A stretch of DNA of 32,000 nt, from the NCBI RefSeq assembly GCF_000940845.1, contig NZ_CP010341.1, positions 1,200,001 to 1,232,000 of the forward strand, in the 5' to 3' direction. Both the position numbers and the translations under genes were made by a program. Within the stretch, counting starts at the first letter, position 1, and each line of letters starts with the position of its first letter. Shown piece after piece: positions 1-12,727 of the stretch. The DNA is from Propionibacterium freudenreichii subsp. freudenreichii (GTDB lineage Bacteria; Actinomycetota; Actinomycetes; Propionibacteriales; Propionibacteriaceae). The notes beneath the pieces were generated by a model. It did not search any database. It was not told where the DNA came from and saw only the letters and a program-made list of their open reading frames with translations.

Positions 1-1
1 T

Positions 2-157
2 GCGGCGCTGGCGCCGGCGAGCGGCGACTATCTCTACTTCGTCACGGTGAACCTCGACACGGGGGAGACCAAGTTCGCCTCGGATTCGGCGGGTCACGAC
101 CAGAACGTCAAGGAGTTCCAGACCTGGTGCCAGGCCAACTCGGATCACTGCAAGTAG
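2..157 (+). CDS. mltG: Endolytic murein transglycosylase MltG/YceG family, C-terminal fragment (5' end outside window)
   Basis: Frame +2 is open from the window edge to TAG 155-157. Translation AALAPASGDYLYFVTVNLDTGETKFASDSAGHDQNVKEFQTWCQANSDHCK fits the conserved YceG/MltG C-terminus (YLYFV...G.h.F..t...H...V.e.). Not in the ORF track because it has no start in the window. Confidence 0.6.
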   Translation, partial: AALAPASGDYLYFVTVNLDTGETKFASDSAGHDQNVKEFQTWCQANSDHCK

Positions 158-221
158 AACAACACTGCAAGTAGAAGAACAGGGCACGCAGCAGAACCGG
201 GCAGCTCGAAGAACAGGGCAC
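146..221. repeat. Short direct repeats in the mltG-aroC spacer: CACTGCAAGTAGAA at 146-159 and 163-176; GAAGAACAGGGCAC at 174-187 and 208-221
   Basis: Read directly from the sequence. The first pair duplicates the last three codons plus TAG stop of mltG with a 17-bp period. Confidence 0.6.
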
Positions 222-294
222 CTGGGAAACCCGACCCGGCGCGGGCCACGGACGCGATCGCGGGACGGGCAGCGCAGCTGGGATAATGGGAGCC

Positions 295-1497
295 ATGTTG
301 CGCTATCTCACCGCTGGTGAATCCCACGGCCGTGCCCTCGTCTCGACAATGGACGGCCTGCCGGCCCATGTGCGCATCTCCACGGCAGACCTGCAGACCG
401 CACTGGCACGTCGCCGGCTGGGTGCCGGGCGGGGCGCCCGCATGAAGTTCGAGGCCGATGAGGTCACGATGCTCGCCGGGGTGCGCCACGGCGAGACGCT
501 GGGTTCCCCGATCGCCGTGATGATCGGCAACACGGAATGGCCCAAGTGGGAACAGGTCATGAGCCCCGATCAGGTCGACCCCGAGGTCCTGGCCTCGCTG
601 GCGCGCAATGCGAAGCTCACCCGTCCGCGTCCGGGTCACGTCGACCTCGCCGGGATGCAGAAATACGACTGGGACGAGGCGCGCCCCGTGCTGGAACGGG
701 CAAGCGCCCGCGAGACCGCGGCGCGGGTGGTGCTGGGTGAATTCGCCAAGCAGTTCCTGGCCCAGGGCTTCGGCATCACCGTGCTCAGCCATGTGGTGCA
801 GATCGGTCAGGTCAGGGCCCACGTCGCCGAACCGCCGCGGATGGCCGACCTGGCGCACATCGATGACGATCCGGTGCGCTGCCTCGACCGCGAGGCGAGC
901 GCTGCCATGCAGGCCGAGATCGAGCAGTGCCGCAAGGACGGCGACACCCTCGGCGGGGTCGTCGAAGTACTCGCCTGGGGCTGCCCGCCCGGGCTGGGCT
1001 CCATGCGTGAGGGGGACACCCGTCTGGACGCACGGTTGGCGAGCGCCCTGATGGGCATCCAGGCGATCAAGGGCGTGGAGATCGGCGACGGCTTCGACCT
1101 CGCCTCGGTGCGCGGCAGTCAGGCGCACGACGAGATCGAGCCCGGGCCCCACGGCATCCGGCGCATCAGTGGTCGCGCCGGGGGCACCGAGGGGGGCATC
1201 AGCACCGGTGAGGTGCTGCGCGCCCGCGCCGCCATGAAGCCGATCGCCACCGTTCCCCGCGCCCTGCGCACCCTGGACGTCACCACCGGTGAGGCCACGA
1301 CCGCCCACAACCAGCGCTCCGACGTCTGTGCGGTGCCCGCCGCCGGGGTCGTCGCGGAGGCGATGATGGCCCTTGTGGTGGCACAGGCCTGCCTGGAGAA
1401 GTTCGGCGGCGACTCGCTGTCCGAGACGCGGCGCAACTACCTGGCCTACCTCAAGCGCCTGCGCGATCGTGGACTGGGCGTGGCCGAATCCCTATGA
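295..1497 (+). CDS. aroC: Chorismate synthase
   Basis: ORF 286..1497. [71 protein letters not shown] and [13 protein letters not shown] are near-identical to mycobacterial chorismate synthase as I recall it. Start placed at the second ATG (295) because homologues begin MLR; ATG 286 is the alternative. Confidence 0.93.
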   Translation: MLRYLTAGESHGRALVSTMDGLPAHVRISTADLQTALARRRLGAGRGARMKFEADEVTMLAGVRHGETLGSPIAVMIGNTEWPKWEQVMSPDQVDPEVLASLARNAKLTRPRPGHVDLAGMQKYDWDEARPVLERASARETAARVVLGEFAKQFLAQGFGITVLSHVVQIGQVRAHVAEPPRMADLAHIDDDPVRCLDREASAAMQAEIEQCRKDGDTLGGVVEVLAWGCPPGLGSMREGDTRLDARLASALMGIQAIKGVEIGDGFDLASVRGSQAHDEIEPGPHGIRRISGRAGGTEGGISTGEVLRARAAMKPIATVPRALRTLDVTTGEATTAHNQRSDVCAVPAAGVVAEAMMALVVAQACLEKFGGDSLSETRRNYLAYLKRLRDRGLGVAESL

Positions 1498-3143
1498 GCC
1501 ACCCAACGCCACGACCCCGCAAGCAGCCCGGGGTCATTCGACAGGTCATCCTCGTGGGATTGCCCGGCGTCGGAAAGACCACGGTCGGGCACCTGCTCGC
1601 CCGCCGACACGGCCTGGACTTCGTGGATGTCGACGATTTCCTCGAGCGGCAGCAGGGCATGACCGTGGCCGAGATCTTCGCCCAACAGGGGGAGCAGGCC
1701 TTCCGTGACCTCGAGGCGCAGGCAACCGCCGAATTGCTCGACGACGCGGGCGTCATCGCGCTGGGCGGGGGAGCAGTCGTCAACCCCGTGGTCCGTGGCG
1801 CCCTGGCCGGGCGATGCGTGGTCTGGTTGACCGCCTCGGTGGCACAGGGCGTGGAACGTATCGGCCAGACGACACACCGCCCGCTGATGCGCGGCGATGT
1901 GTCCTCGACCCTTGAGCGACTGCGCCACGAACGAGAGCACTTCTATGCCCAGGTGGCTCGTCATCGGGTCGATACCGATGCACGCCCCGCTGGCGAGGTG
2001 GCCGATCAGGTGGCCGCCCTCGTCGGGCTCGATGGAGAGGAAGCACCCATGACCGTCGCCCATTTCGCCACGGACCGTCCCTATGACGCCCGGATCCGAC
2101 CGGGCGCGCTCGACGACCTCACAACCCATCTCGGGGGTGCCACGAAGGTGGCGATCTTCTTCCCCGAGGTCCTGGGTGGGGCCGCCGCGCGTGCATCTGA
2201 CGTGGTGCGTGCCGCCGGTGCCGAACCCACCATGATCGAGCTGCCCGAGGGGGAGCAGGCCAAGACGCCGGTCGTGCTGGCCGACTGCTGGGGACGGCTG
2301 GCCGACGCCGGCCTGACCCGCACCGACCTTGTCATCGGGATCGGGGGCGGCGCCACCACCGACCTGGCCGGCTTCGTGGCGGCCACCTGGCTGCGGGGCA
2401 TCCGGTGGATCAGCGTCCCGACCACCGTGCTGGCGATGGTTGACGCCGGCATCGGGGGAAAGACCGGAGCAGACCTTCCCCAGGGGAAGAACCTGATCGG
2501 AGCCTTCTGGGAACCCTCGGTGGTGCTCGAGGACACCGACCTGCTGGTCGGCCTACCCGCCCGCCAGGTGCGCAGCGGCCTGGCCGAGGTGATCAAGCAC
2601 GGGTTCATCGCCGACGAACGCACCCTTGAGCTCGTGAGCGGTGACCCGGCACAGGCCCAGGACGTCACCAGTGGGCGGCTCGCCGAGCTGATTGCCCGTT
2701 CGGTGCAGGTGAAGGCGCGCGTGGTGTCATCCGACCTCCGCGAATCCACCTCGGTCGGTGATGACGTCGGACGCGAGCAGTTGAACTACGGACACACCCT
2801 GGGCCACGCCATCGAGGCCGCCGAGCACTTCACCAGGCCCCACGGGGAATGCGTGGCGCTCGGCATGGTCTTCGCAGCGGAGCTGGCCCACCGGGTGATC
2901 GGGCTGGACGAGGCCACCGTGGCGCGCCATCGCCGGGTGCTGGGTTCGGTCGGGCTGCCCACCAGCTACCACGGGGTTGCCTGGCCGGCGCTGCACGAAC
3001 TGATGATGCGGGACAAGAAGACGCGTGGCTCGGTGCTGCGCTTCGTCGGGCTGCGGGCACAGGGCGAGCCGACCATCATCGTCGACCCCGATCCGCAGGC
3101 CCTCCGGGGCGCGTGGCAGGCCCTGACCGCAACCACCGACTGA
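1494..3143 (+). CDS. aroKB: Bifunctional shikimate kinase / 3-dehydroquinate synthase (in-frame AroK-AroB fusion)
   Basis: Single 549-aa ORF. The N-terminal ~180 aa carry the shikimate kinase P-loop ([13 protein letters not shown]) and DVDDFLE...AEIF. The remainder is AroB ([58 protein letters not shown]). ATG 1494 overlaps the aroC TGA (ATGA). There is no stop between the two domains. Confidence 0.9.
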   Translation: MSHPTPRPRKQPGVIRQVILVGLPGVGKTTVGHLLARRHGLDFVDVDDFLERQQGMTVAEIFAQQGEQAFRDLEAQATAELLDDAGVIALGGGAVVNPVVRGALAGRCVVWLTASVAQGVERIGQTTHRPLMRGDVSSTLERLRHEREHFYAQVARHRVDTDARPAGEVADQVAALVGLDGEEAPMTVAHFATDRPYDARIRPGALDDLTTHLGGATKVAIFFPEVLGGAAARASDVVRAAGAEPTMIELPEGEQAKTPVVLADCWGRLADAGLTRTDLVIGIGGGATTDLAGFVAATWLRGIRWISVPTTVLAMVDAGIGGKTGADLPQGKNLIGAFWEPSVVLEDTDLLVGLPARQVRSGLAEVIKHGFIADERTLELVSGDPAQAQDVTSGRLAELIARSVQVKARVVSSDLRESTSVGDDVGREQLNYGHTLGHAIEAAEHFTRPHGECVALGMVFAAELAHRVIGLDEATVARHRRVLGSVGLPTSYHGVAWPALHELMMRDKKTRGSVLRFVGLRAQGEPTIIVDPDPQALRGAWQALTATTD

Positions 3144-3146
3144 ACC

Positions 3147-3203
3147 GTCACCGGACCCGTCTGCAGGGGTCCGGTGACCGGACGGGGGTCCATGCCCGTC
3201 CGG
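3147..3203 (+). terminator. Two tandem GC-rich hairpins immediately after aroKB (candidate intrinsic terminator, no U-tract)
   Basis: GTCACCGGACCC (3147-3158) pairs with GGGTCCGGTGAC (3167-3178), 12 bp. CCGGACGGG (3178-3186) pairs with CCCGTCCGG (3195-3203), 9 bp. Starts 4 nt after the aroKB stop. Confidence 0.45.
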
Positions 3204-3231
3204 GCCGATCCGGGTATCGGTGACATTCGGG

Positions 3232-3237
3232 TAGAAT
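3232..3237 (+). promoter_or_regulatory. Candidate -10 hexamer TAGAAT upstream of efp
   Basis: TAGAAT at 3232-3237, about 83 nt upstream of the efp GTG and just downstream of the aroKB hairpins. No convincing -35 seen. Confidence 0.3.
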
Positions 3238-3319
3238 GGCTGGTCGCGGCCTCATGCCGCCCATGATCAACGGACGCAGCGGTGTCCGAGACCCACCCGC
3301 CATGACGAAAGGCTGTTAC

Positions 3320-3883
3320 GTGGCAACGACGAACGACATCAAGAACGGCACAGTGCTGAACCTGGATGGTCAGCTGTGGCAGGTGCTGTGGTTCCAGCAC
3401 CACAAGCCCGGCAAGGGCAATACCGTCGTTCGCACCAAGATCAAGAATGTGCTCAACGGCAAGGTCGTCGACCGCACCTTCCCGGCGGATACCAAGATCG
3501 AGATGGCGCAGGTCGACCGTCGCGACATGCAGTACCTCTACGACGATCCCAGCGGCTATGTGTTCATGGACACTGACAACTACGAGCAGCTGACCATTCC
3601 CGCCGACGTGATCGGTGATGACAAGGACTACCTGCTCGAGGGCATGATCGTCACCGTCGCCACCAACGAGGGCACGCCGCTCTACATCGACCTGCCGGCC
3701 AGCGTGGAACTCGAGGTCACCTACACCGAGCCCGGCCTGCAGGGCGATCGCTCCACCGGCGGCAACAAGCCCGCCACCGTGGAGACCGGCAAGACCGTGC
3801 AGGTGCCGCTGTTCATCACCACCGGCGAGAAGATCAAGGTCAGCACCGACGACGGTGGCTACCTCGGCCGCGTGCAGAGCTGA
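3320..3883 (+). CDS. efp: Elongation factor P
   Basis: ORF 3236..3883. The homologous N-terminus (V)[21 protein letters not shown]...[16 protein letters not shown] starts at GTG 3320, preceded by AAAGG at 3308-3312. This gives 187 aa, the normal EF-P length. Confidence 0.92.
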   Translation: MATTNDIKNGTVLNLDGQLWQVLWFQHHKPGKGNTVVRTKIKNVLNGKVVDRTFPADTKIEMAQVDRRDMQYLYDDPSGYVFMDTDNYEQLTIPADVIGDDKDYLLEGMIVTVATNEGTPLYIDLPASVELEVTYTEPGLQGDRSTGGNKPATVETGKTVQVPLFITTGEKIKVSTDDGGYLGRVQS

Positions 3884-4509
3884 TGAGCCAACCCGACGAC
3901 GAGATCATCCCGCTGGCACACGGAGAGCACCCCCCGGTGCCCGACGCGGTGAAGATCGCGAGCACCGACTTCGCGGAGGCCCACCACTCCACGCGCACCA
4001 AGGCCCGCAAGCAGGCGCTCGACGTGCTGTTCCAGGCCGACCTGCGCAACGAGGCGGTCCATCGCACCATGGCGCGGCGCACCGAGCAGGGGGAGCCCGC
4101 GCTACGGGACTTCACCCGACAGATCCTCGACGGCTATTCGGAGCACGGCCACGAGATCAACGAGCACATCGATCGGGCCCTGACCGGTGACTGGACCCTG
4201 GAGCGCATGTCGCGGGTCGATCGGAACCTGGCCCGGATCGCCGTGTGGGAGCTCGACTTCACCACGATCGACCTCAAGGTTGCGATCAGCGAGGCCATGG
4301 AACTGGCGAACGAGCTGAGCAACGACGAATCGGTCACCTTCCTCAATGGCCTGCTGGCCCGCATCGCCGAAGAACGGCCGGCCATCCCGACGGCCCCGGG
4401 TGCCGGGGTCCCCGATGCGGGACCCGTCGAACCAGCCGGTGACGCCTCTGCCGAGCCCGCTGACAACGGCGCGGTTGCCGAGCAGGACAGCGAGAACATC
4501 GGCCAATGA
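3883..4509 (+). CDS. nusB: Transcription antitermination factor NusB (with N- and C-terminal low-complexity extensions)
   Basis: ARKQALDVLFQADL...LERMSRVDRNLARIAVWEL...VAISEAMELANELSNDESVTFLNGLLARI is the NusB fold signature. ATG 3883 overlaps the efp TGA by 1 nt (TGATG). Confidence 0.88.
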   Translation: MSQPDDEIIPLAHGEHPPVPDAVKIASTDFAEAHHSTRTKARKQALDVLFQADLRNEAVHRTMARRTEQGEPALRDFTRQILDGYSEHGHEINEHIDRALTGDWTLERMSRVDRNLARIAVWELDFTTIDLKVAISEAMELANELSNDESVTFLNGLLARIAEERPAIPTAPGAGVPDAGPVEPAGDASAEPADNGAVAEQDSENIGQ

Positions 4510-4687
4510 GCCATGGATGGGTTGACGTCGAGGTGTCGATCCATTTCCTTTTCCGGTCCGTTCGGGCCGGCATTCTGCAGACCACGGATGAGTCTGGGCG
4601 AGCCCGGCCGGCTGATAAGCTCAACGACGGATATCCGGCCTCGGCCTGCGTACTCAATCCTGCCCGTCGGGGCGGGGAAGGACGGTC

Positions 4688-5871
4688 ATGAGCGCGAACG
4701 ACAACAGCGCGATCTTGGTTCTCGAGGACGGCAGGTCTTTCACCGGCCGCGCCTTCGGGGCCATTGGTGAGACTTTCGGCGAAGCGGTGTTCTCCACCGG
4801 CATGTCCGGTTACCAGGAGACCCTCACCGACCCCAGCTACTACCGACAGGTGGTCGTGGCGACGGCACCCCATATCGGCAACACCGGGTGGAACGACGAG
4901 GATGACGAATCCTCCCGCATCTGGGTTTCGGGCTATGTCGTGCGCGACCCCTCCCGGATGCCCAGCAACTGGCGTTCGGCCAGGCCGCTGGATGAGGAGC
5001 TGGAGGCCCAGGGGATCGTCGGCATCTGCGACATCGACACCCGCGCCCTGACCCGACACCTGCGCGAGCGGGGTGCCATGCGCGTCGGCATCAGTTCGGT
5101 GGACACCGACGTGGCGACGCTGCTCGCCCGCGTCCAGGGTTCCCCCCAGATGGCGGGAGCCGATCTGGTGGGCTATGTCACCACCGACAAGCCCTATGTG
5201 GTGCCCGCGGTGGGCGAGAAGAAGTTCACCGTGGCCGCGATCGACCTGGGGATCAAGCGCATGACCCCCCGTCGCATGACGCAGCGCGGCATGGAGGTGC
5301 ACATGCTGCCCGCCACCGCGACCTGGGCCGATGTGGTCGCCACCGGGGCTGACGGATTGTTCTTCAGCAACGGGCCGGGTGACCCCTCGACGCTCACCTC
5401 CCCCGTGGAGCTGTGCCGCACGGCGCTGGCCGAGCAGATGCCACTGTTCGGCATCTGCCTGGGCAACCAGATCTTCGGACGCGCGCTGGGCTTCGGCACC
5501 TACAAGCTCAAGTACGGCCACCGCGGGATCAACCAGCCGGTCCTGGACCGGGCCACGAACCGCATCGACATCACCGCCCACAACCACGGCTTCGCGGTGG
5601 ACGCGCCGCTCGGCGTGGACACGACCACGCCGTTCGGTGAGGTCGCCGTGTCCCACGTCTGCCTCAACGACGACGTGGTCGAGGGCCTCAGCCTGACGCG
5701 CGATGGGCGCACCCGGGCCTTCTCGGTGCAGTACCACCCCGAGGCGGCCGCCGGCCCGCACGATGCCAGCTATCTGTTCGACCGTTTCGCCGACATGATG
5801 GCCGCCCATCGTGGCGACGACCCGGCGATCAACACACATGTCAACCAGAGCAACGCGGGAGAGCAGAACTG

Positions 5872-5872
<1 letters not shown>
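4688..5872 (+). CDS. carA: Carbamoyl-phosphate synthase small (glutaminase) subunit
   Basis: [17 protein letters not shown]...[17 protein letters not shown]-domain. GATase active-site region [11 protein letters not shown] and [15 protein letters not shown] Shine-Dalgarno sequence before ATG 4688. Confidence 0.95.
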
Positions 5873-9213
<3,341 letters not shown>

Positions 9214-9285
9214 GCCGGCGGCGCGGCACCACCGCGCCCGAGGCCGCACGACGCCCGGACACAACAGGACCCCGAGGGAACAGGA

Positions 9286-10395
9286 ATGGTCACGATGACG
9301 ATCGACGAGCTGTATGTGCGCGCGGTGCGTGCCGGCTATGAAGGCCTGGTGCGCCCCCTGCTGTTCACCATGCACGGCGGTGATCCCGAGAAGATCCATG
9401 GTCAGTTGATCTCGACCATGGGTCACCTGCCGGACTCGTTGGTGGGGCTCATCAAGCGATTCATCGGGCAGGGCCGCCAGCCCGTCGACGTGGCGGGTGT
9501 CCATTTCCCGGGGCGTATCGGCGTGGCGGCAGGACTGGACAAGGATGGGGTGGCGGCAGGCATCTGGTCGCCGCTGGGCTTCGGTTTCGCCGAGCTCGGA
9601 ACGGTGACCGCCCACGCACAACCGGGCAACCCGCGGCCGCGCCTGTTCCGGCTGATCCGCTCTGGGGCGATCATCAACCGGATGGGCTTCAACAACAACG
9701 GCGCCGAGGCGATGGCGGCGCGCATGGCGAACCTGGGGGTTGCCCGCGGCAACAATGCACTGGGCTGCCCGATGGGCATTTCGATCGGGAAGACCAAGGC
9801 GACCCCGCTGGCCGACGCGGTTGACGACTATCTGTTCAGCCTGACCACCCTCGCGCCCTATGCGGACTACGTGGCACTGAACGTCTCCAGCCCCAATACG
9901 CCCGGCCTGCGCAGCCTGCAGGGACGCCACGAGTTGGAGGAGCTCACCGGGGCCCTGGTGGCCAGGGCCCGCGAGCTGGACGCTGACGATCCCGTACCGG
10001 TGTTCGTCAAGGTCGCACCCGACCTGACCACCGGTCAGCTCGATGGCATCCTGTCCAGCTGTGAGCAGGCCGGCATTGCCGGCATCATCGCCACCAATAC
10101 GACCATCGAACGCGACGGCATCAAGGGATCCGATGCCCGGTATGCCTCCCAGGCCGGAGGCCTGTCCGGTTCGCCGTTGACCGCGATGGCGCTGGACCGG
10201 GTGCGGTGGATCACCGCCCACACCGACCTGCCCGTGATGGGCTGTGGCGGCATCATGACGCCCGCCGACGCCCAGGCGATGTTCGATGCCGGTGCCCGGC
10301 TGGTGCAGCTCTACACCGGATTCATCTTCGAGGGGCCCGCACTGGTGATGGGCATCAACCGACTCACCCGACCCGGCAAGGGGGCCCGCGCATGA
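9286..10395 (+). CDS. pyrD: Dihydroorotate dehydrogenase (quinone), class 2
   Basis: GFGFAELGTVTAHAQPGNPRPRLFRL, NRMGFNNNGA, NVSSPNTPGLRSLQ, VKVAPDL and IIATNTT motifs. GAGGGA Shine-Dalgarno sequence 7 nt before ATG 9286. Confidence 0.93.
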   Translation: MVTMTIDELYVRAVRAGYEGLVRPLLFTMHGGDPEKIHGQLISTMGHLPDSLVGLIKRFIGQGRQPVDVAGVHFPGRIGVAAGLDKDGVAAGIWSPLGFGFAELGTVTAHAQPGNPRPRLFRLIRSGAIINRMGFNNNGAEAMAARMANLGVARGNNALGCPMGISIGKTKATPLADAVDDYLFSLTTLAPYADYVALNVSSPNTPGLRSLQGRHELEELTGALVARARELDADDPVPVFVKVAPDLTTGQLDGILSSCEQAGIAGIIATNTTIERDGIKGSDARYASQAGGLSGSPLTAMALDRVRWITAHTDLPVMGCGGIMTPADAQAMFDAGARLVQLYTGFIFEGPALVMGINRLTRPGKGARA

Positions 10396-11201
10396 GCGGC
10401 GGTTTCGGGGCGCGCCTCCAGGCCCTGGCTGACGAGCGGGGACGCCTGTGCGTCGGCCTGGATCCCCACGAGCCCCTGGTGCGGGCCTGGGGCCTGGACT
10501 ACGACGCCGCGGGCATCGAACGCCTGGCGCGCGACACCGTCGCCGCGTTGGCCGACGAGGTGATGGTCTTCAAGCCGCAAAGTGCCTTCTTCGAGGTGTT
10601 CGGATCGCGCGGGGTGGCGGCACTGGGTCGGGTCCTGGACGACATCCGCGCCGCCGGGGCCCTGTCGATCCTCGACGTGAAGCGCGGTGACATCGGCTCG
10701 ACGATGTCCGCCTACGCCCGCGCATACCTGTCCGATGACGCGGAGTTGCGCGCCGATGCGATCACCCTGAGTCCCTACCTGGGATTCGAGGCCCTGCGCC
10801 CCGCCATCGACCTGGCGCATGCCACCGGCCGGGGCCTGTTCGTGCTGTGCCACACCAGCAATCCGGAGGGTGAGGAAGTGCAGTTCGCCACCCATGGCGG
10901 ACACACCATCGCCCAGGGCGTGGTCGACCACGCACAGGCTGAGAACACCGAGCACGGGCTGGATGACATGGGCCTGGTGATCGGGGCAACCCATGACAAC
11001 GCGGGCGTTGACCTGTCGGGGTTCACCGGCTGGACGTTGGCTCCCGGCATCGGTGCCCAGGGGGGCACGGTGGAGGGATTGTCCGCCATTTTCGGTGCCA
11101 GTGCGCATCACGTCCTCCCGAGCTCCTCGCGGGGAGTACTGCGGGCCGGACCGGATCGTCAGGCGCTGCAGGAGGCCGCCCGGGCACTCATCCTGCACTG
11201 A
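10392..11201 (+). CDS. pyrF: Orotidine-5'-phosphate decarboxylase (type 2, actinobacterial form)
   Basis: ORF 10206..11201. The homologous start MSGGFGARLQALADERGRLCVGLDPH is ATG 10392, overlapping the pyrD stop (ATGA). DVKRGDIGSTM active-site motif. 269 aa. Confidence 0.9.
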   Translation: MSGGFGARLQALADERGRLCVGLDPHEPLVRAWGLDYDAAGIERLARDTVAALADEVMVFKPQSAFFEVFGSRGVAALGRVLDDIRAAGALSILDVKRGDIGSTMSAYARAYLSDDAELRADAITLSPYLGFEALRPAIDLAHATGRGLFVLCHTSNPEGEEVQFATHGGHTIAQGVVDHAQAENTEHGLDDMGLVIGATHDNAGVDLSGFTGWTLAPGIGAQGGTVEGLSAIFGASAHHVLPSSSRGVLRAGPDRQALQEAARALILH

Positions 11202-11363
11202 GCGTTTCGGTAGATTTGTTATCTCTTATTCACATTGGCTAATTCGTAATCTTTTTCGTCACTTTGAGCCTGCGTCCCAATTGCAGTACATTCTCCGGTG
11301 TCCGCCCCCTGGACCGCAGGAACTGTTCGCGGTCAGGACCAACCAACAAGTGATGGAGAAGCC
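11202..11363 (+). promoter_or_regulatory. AT-rich promoter/leader region upstream of mihF
   Basis: 11211-11260 is about 30% G+C by hand count, in a window that is roughly two-thirds G+C. It contains several -35/-10-like hexamers (TTGTTA 11217-11222, TAATTC 11241-11246, TAATCT 11248-11253). I cannot choose one with confidence. Confidence 0.45.
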
Positions 11364-11675
11364 GTGGCTATCCCGACACTGTCACCCGAACAATTGCACT
11401 CAGCCCGTTGCGCAGCAACGCTCGCCCGTAGGGCCCGCGCCGATTTCAAGATGCGCGTACGCCAGGGCAACCTCACCCTCAGCGAGGCACTCGACCTGGC
11501 CAGCTGCGATGACGTGCTGGCCCACGTCCGTGTGATCGACCTACTGAAGGCGCTCCCCAGAGTTGGCGACAAGCGCGCCGCCGGTATCATGGAGCGCCTG
11601 GACATCGCGTCCAATCGGCGGGTGCGCGGCCTTGGTCGCCACCAGCTGGCAGGCCTCAAGACGGAGTTTCACTGA
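11364..11675 (+). CDS. mihF: Integration host factor, actinobacterial type (mIHF/sIHF)
   Basis: (V)AIPTLSPEQLHSARCAATLARRARADFKMRVRQGNLTLSEALD...VIDLLKALPRVGDKRAAGIMERLDIASNRRVRGLG aligns with mycobacterial MihF (LPQLTDEQRAAALEKAAAARRARAELK...LEALPKVGKVKA...RRLRGLG). GTG 11364 has GGAG 5 nt upstream. The upstream GTG 11298 is an alternative start. Confidence 0.85.
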   Translation: MAIPTLSPEQLHSARCAATLARRARADFKMRVRQGNLTLSEALDLASCDDVLAHVRVIDLLKALPRVGDKRAAGIMERLDIASNRRVRGLGRHQLAGLKTEFH

Positions 11676-11678
11676 TCG

Positions 11679-12299
11679 ATGAATGACACCGCACCAAGCG
11701 CCCGGGAACATCAACCCGAGGCTGTCCCACGGGCGAATGGTGCGGAGCGGCTCAGCCCTCGCGTCTATGTGATCTCCGGCCCGACGGCCGTCGGTAAGGG
11801 GACCATCGTCGAGCGGCTGCGCCGAATTCATCCCGAGATCTTCGTTTCCTGTTCCGCCACCACGCGCAAACCGCGTCCGGGTGAAGTCGATGGGGTGTCG
11901 TACTACTTCCTTGACGACGCCCAGTTCGACGAGCTGGTCACCTCCGGCGGGCTCCTGGAGTGGGCCGGTGTGCATGGCGACCGCTACGGTACGCCGCGCG
12001 AGCCCGTTGAGCGCGCGCTGCGCGAAGGGCGTCCGGTGATCCTCGAGATCGACCTGCAGGGTGCCCGCCAGGTGCGGCACAGCTATCCCCAGGCCGTCGA
12101 GATCTTCCTGGCCCCTCCCAGCTGGGAGGAGCTGGTGCACCGGCTCCGTGGACGAGGCACCGAGAACCAGGACCAGCAGAGCCGTCGGCTCAGGACCGCC
12201 CGCCACGAACTCGACGCCGAGGATGAGTTCGACCATGTCGTGGTCAATAGGGAGATCGGAACGACGGTGCGCGAGATGGTAGACTTAATGAGGTTGTGA
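11679..12299 (+). CDS. gmk: Guanylate kinase
   Basis: ISGPTAVGKGTIV P-loop, SATTRKPRPGEVDGVSYYF, LLEWAGVHGDRYGTPR, RGRGTE. Confidence 0.93.
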   Translation: MNDTAPSAREHQPEAVPRANGAERLSPRVYVISGPTAVGKGTIVERLRRIHPEIFVSCSATTRKPRPGEVDGVSYYFLDDAQFDELVTSGGLLEWAGVHGDRYGTPREPVERALREGRPVILEIDLQGARQVRHSYPQAVEIFLAPPSWEELVHRLRGRGTENQDQQSRRLRTARHELDAEDEFDHVVVNREIGTTVREMVDLMRL

Positions 12300-12358
12300 G
12301 CCCAGCGGCTCGACCATTCCATTCTGCCCAGTGATTCCCATCGCCCTGTGGCGACAAG

Positions 12359-12727
12359 ATGAGGTTCAACTTGACCAGCACTGCTTCCATCCGCCCCAGC
12401 TCCGAAGGCATCATCAACCCGCCCGTTGATGAGCTGCTCGAGCACGTCGATTCGAAGTACCGCCTGGTGCTGTTCGCTGCCAAGCGCGCGCGCCAGATCA
12501 ACGCCTATTACTCGCAGCTGGGCGAGGGCCTGTTGGAGAATGTGGGCCCGCTGGTCGAGACCAGCGTCCAGGAGAAGCCGCTGTCCATCGCGCTGCGTGA
12601 GATCCAGTCCGGCGTGCTCGAGTACAAGAAGATCGATCCGGTCGCCGAGGCCAATGCACGCGCCGAGGCCGCCAAGGACCCCGACTTCAAGTTCGACGAT
12701 CCCTTCAGCGGAATCGACCCCGCCTGA
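12359..12727 (+). CDS. rpoZ: DNA-directed RNA polymerase subunit omega
   Basis: [51 protein letters not shown]...[11 protein letters not shown] closely matches actinobacterial RpoZ. The start is uncertain (N-terminus is variable). Confidence 0.88.
   Translation: MRFNLTSTASIRPSSEGIINPPVDELLEHVDSKYRLVLFAAKRARQINAYYSQLGEGLLENVGPLVETSVQEKPLSIALREIQSGVLEYKKIDPVAEANARAEAAKDPDFKFDDPFSGIDPA

Noticed and set aside
3236-3319. ATG 3236 as the efp start (215-aa ORF)
   Set aside because: The extra 28 residues have no EF-P homology. GTG 3320 restores the conserved [10 protein letters not shown]-terminus, has an SD, and gives the canonical 187 aa.
9220-9238. GGCGCGG-CACCA-CCGCGCC hairpin right after carB as an attenuator before pyrD
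   Set aside because: It has only a 7-bp stem and no U-tract. pyrD follows within 72 bp with its own SD, which is consistent with simple operon read-through.
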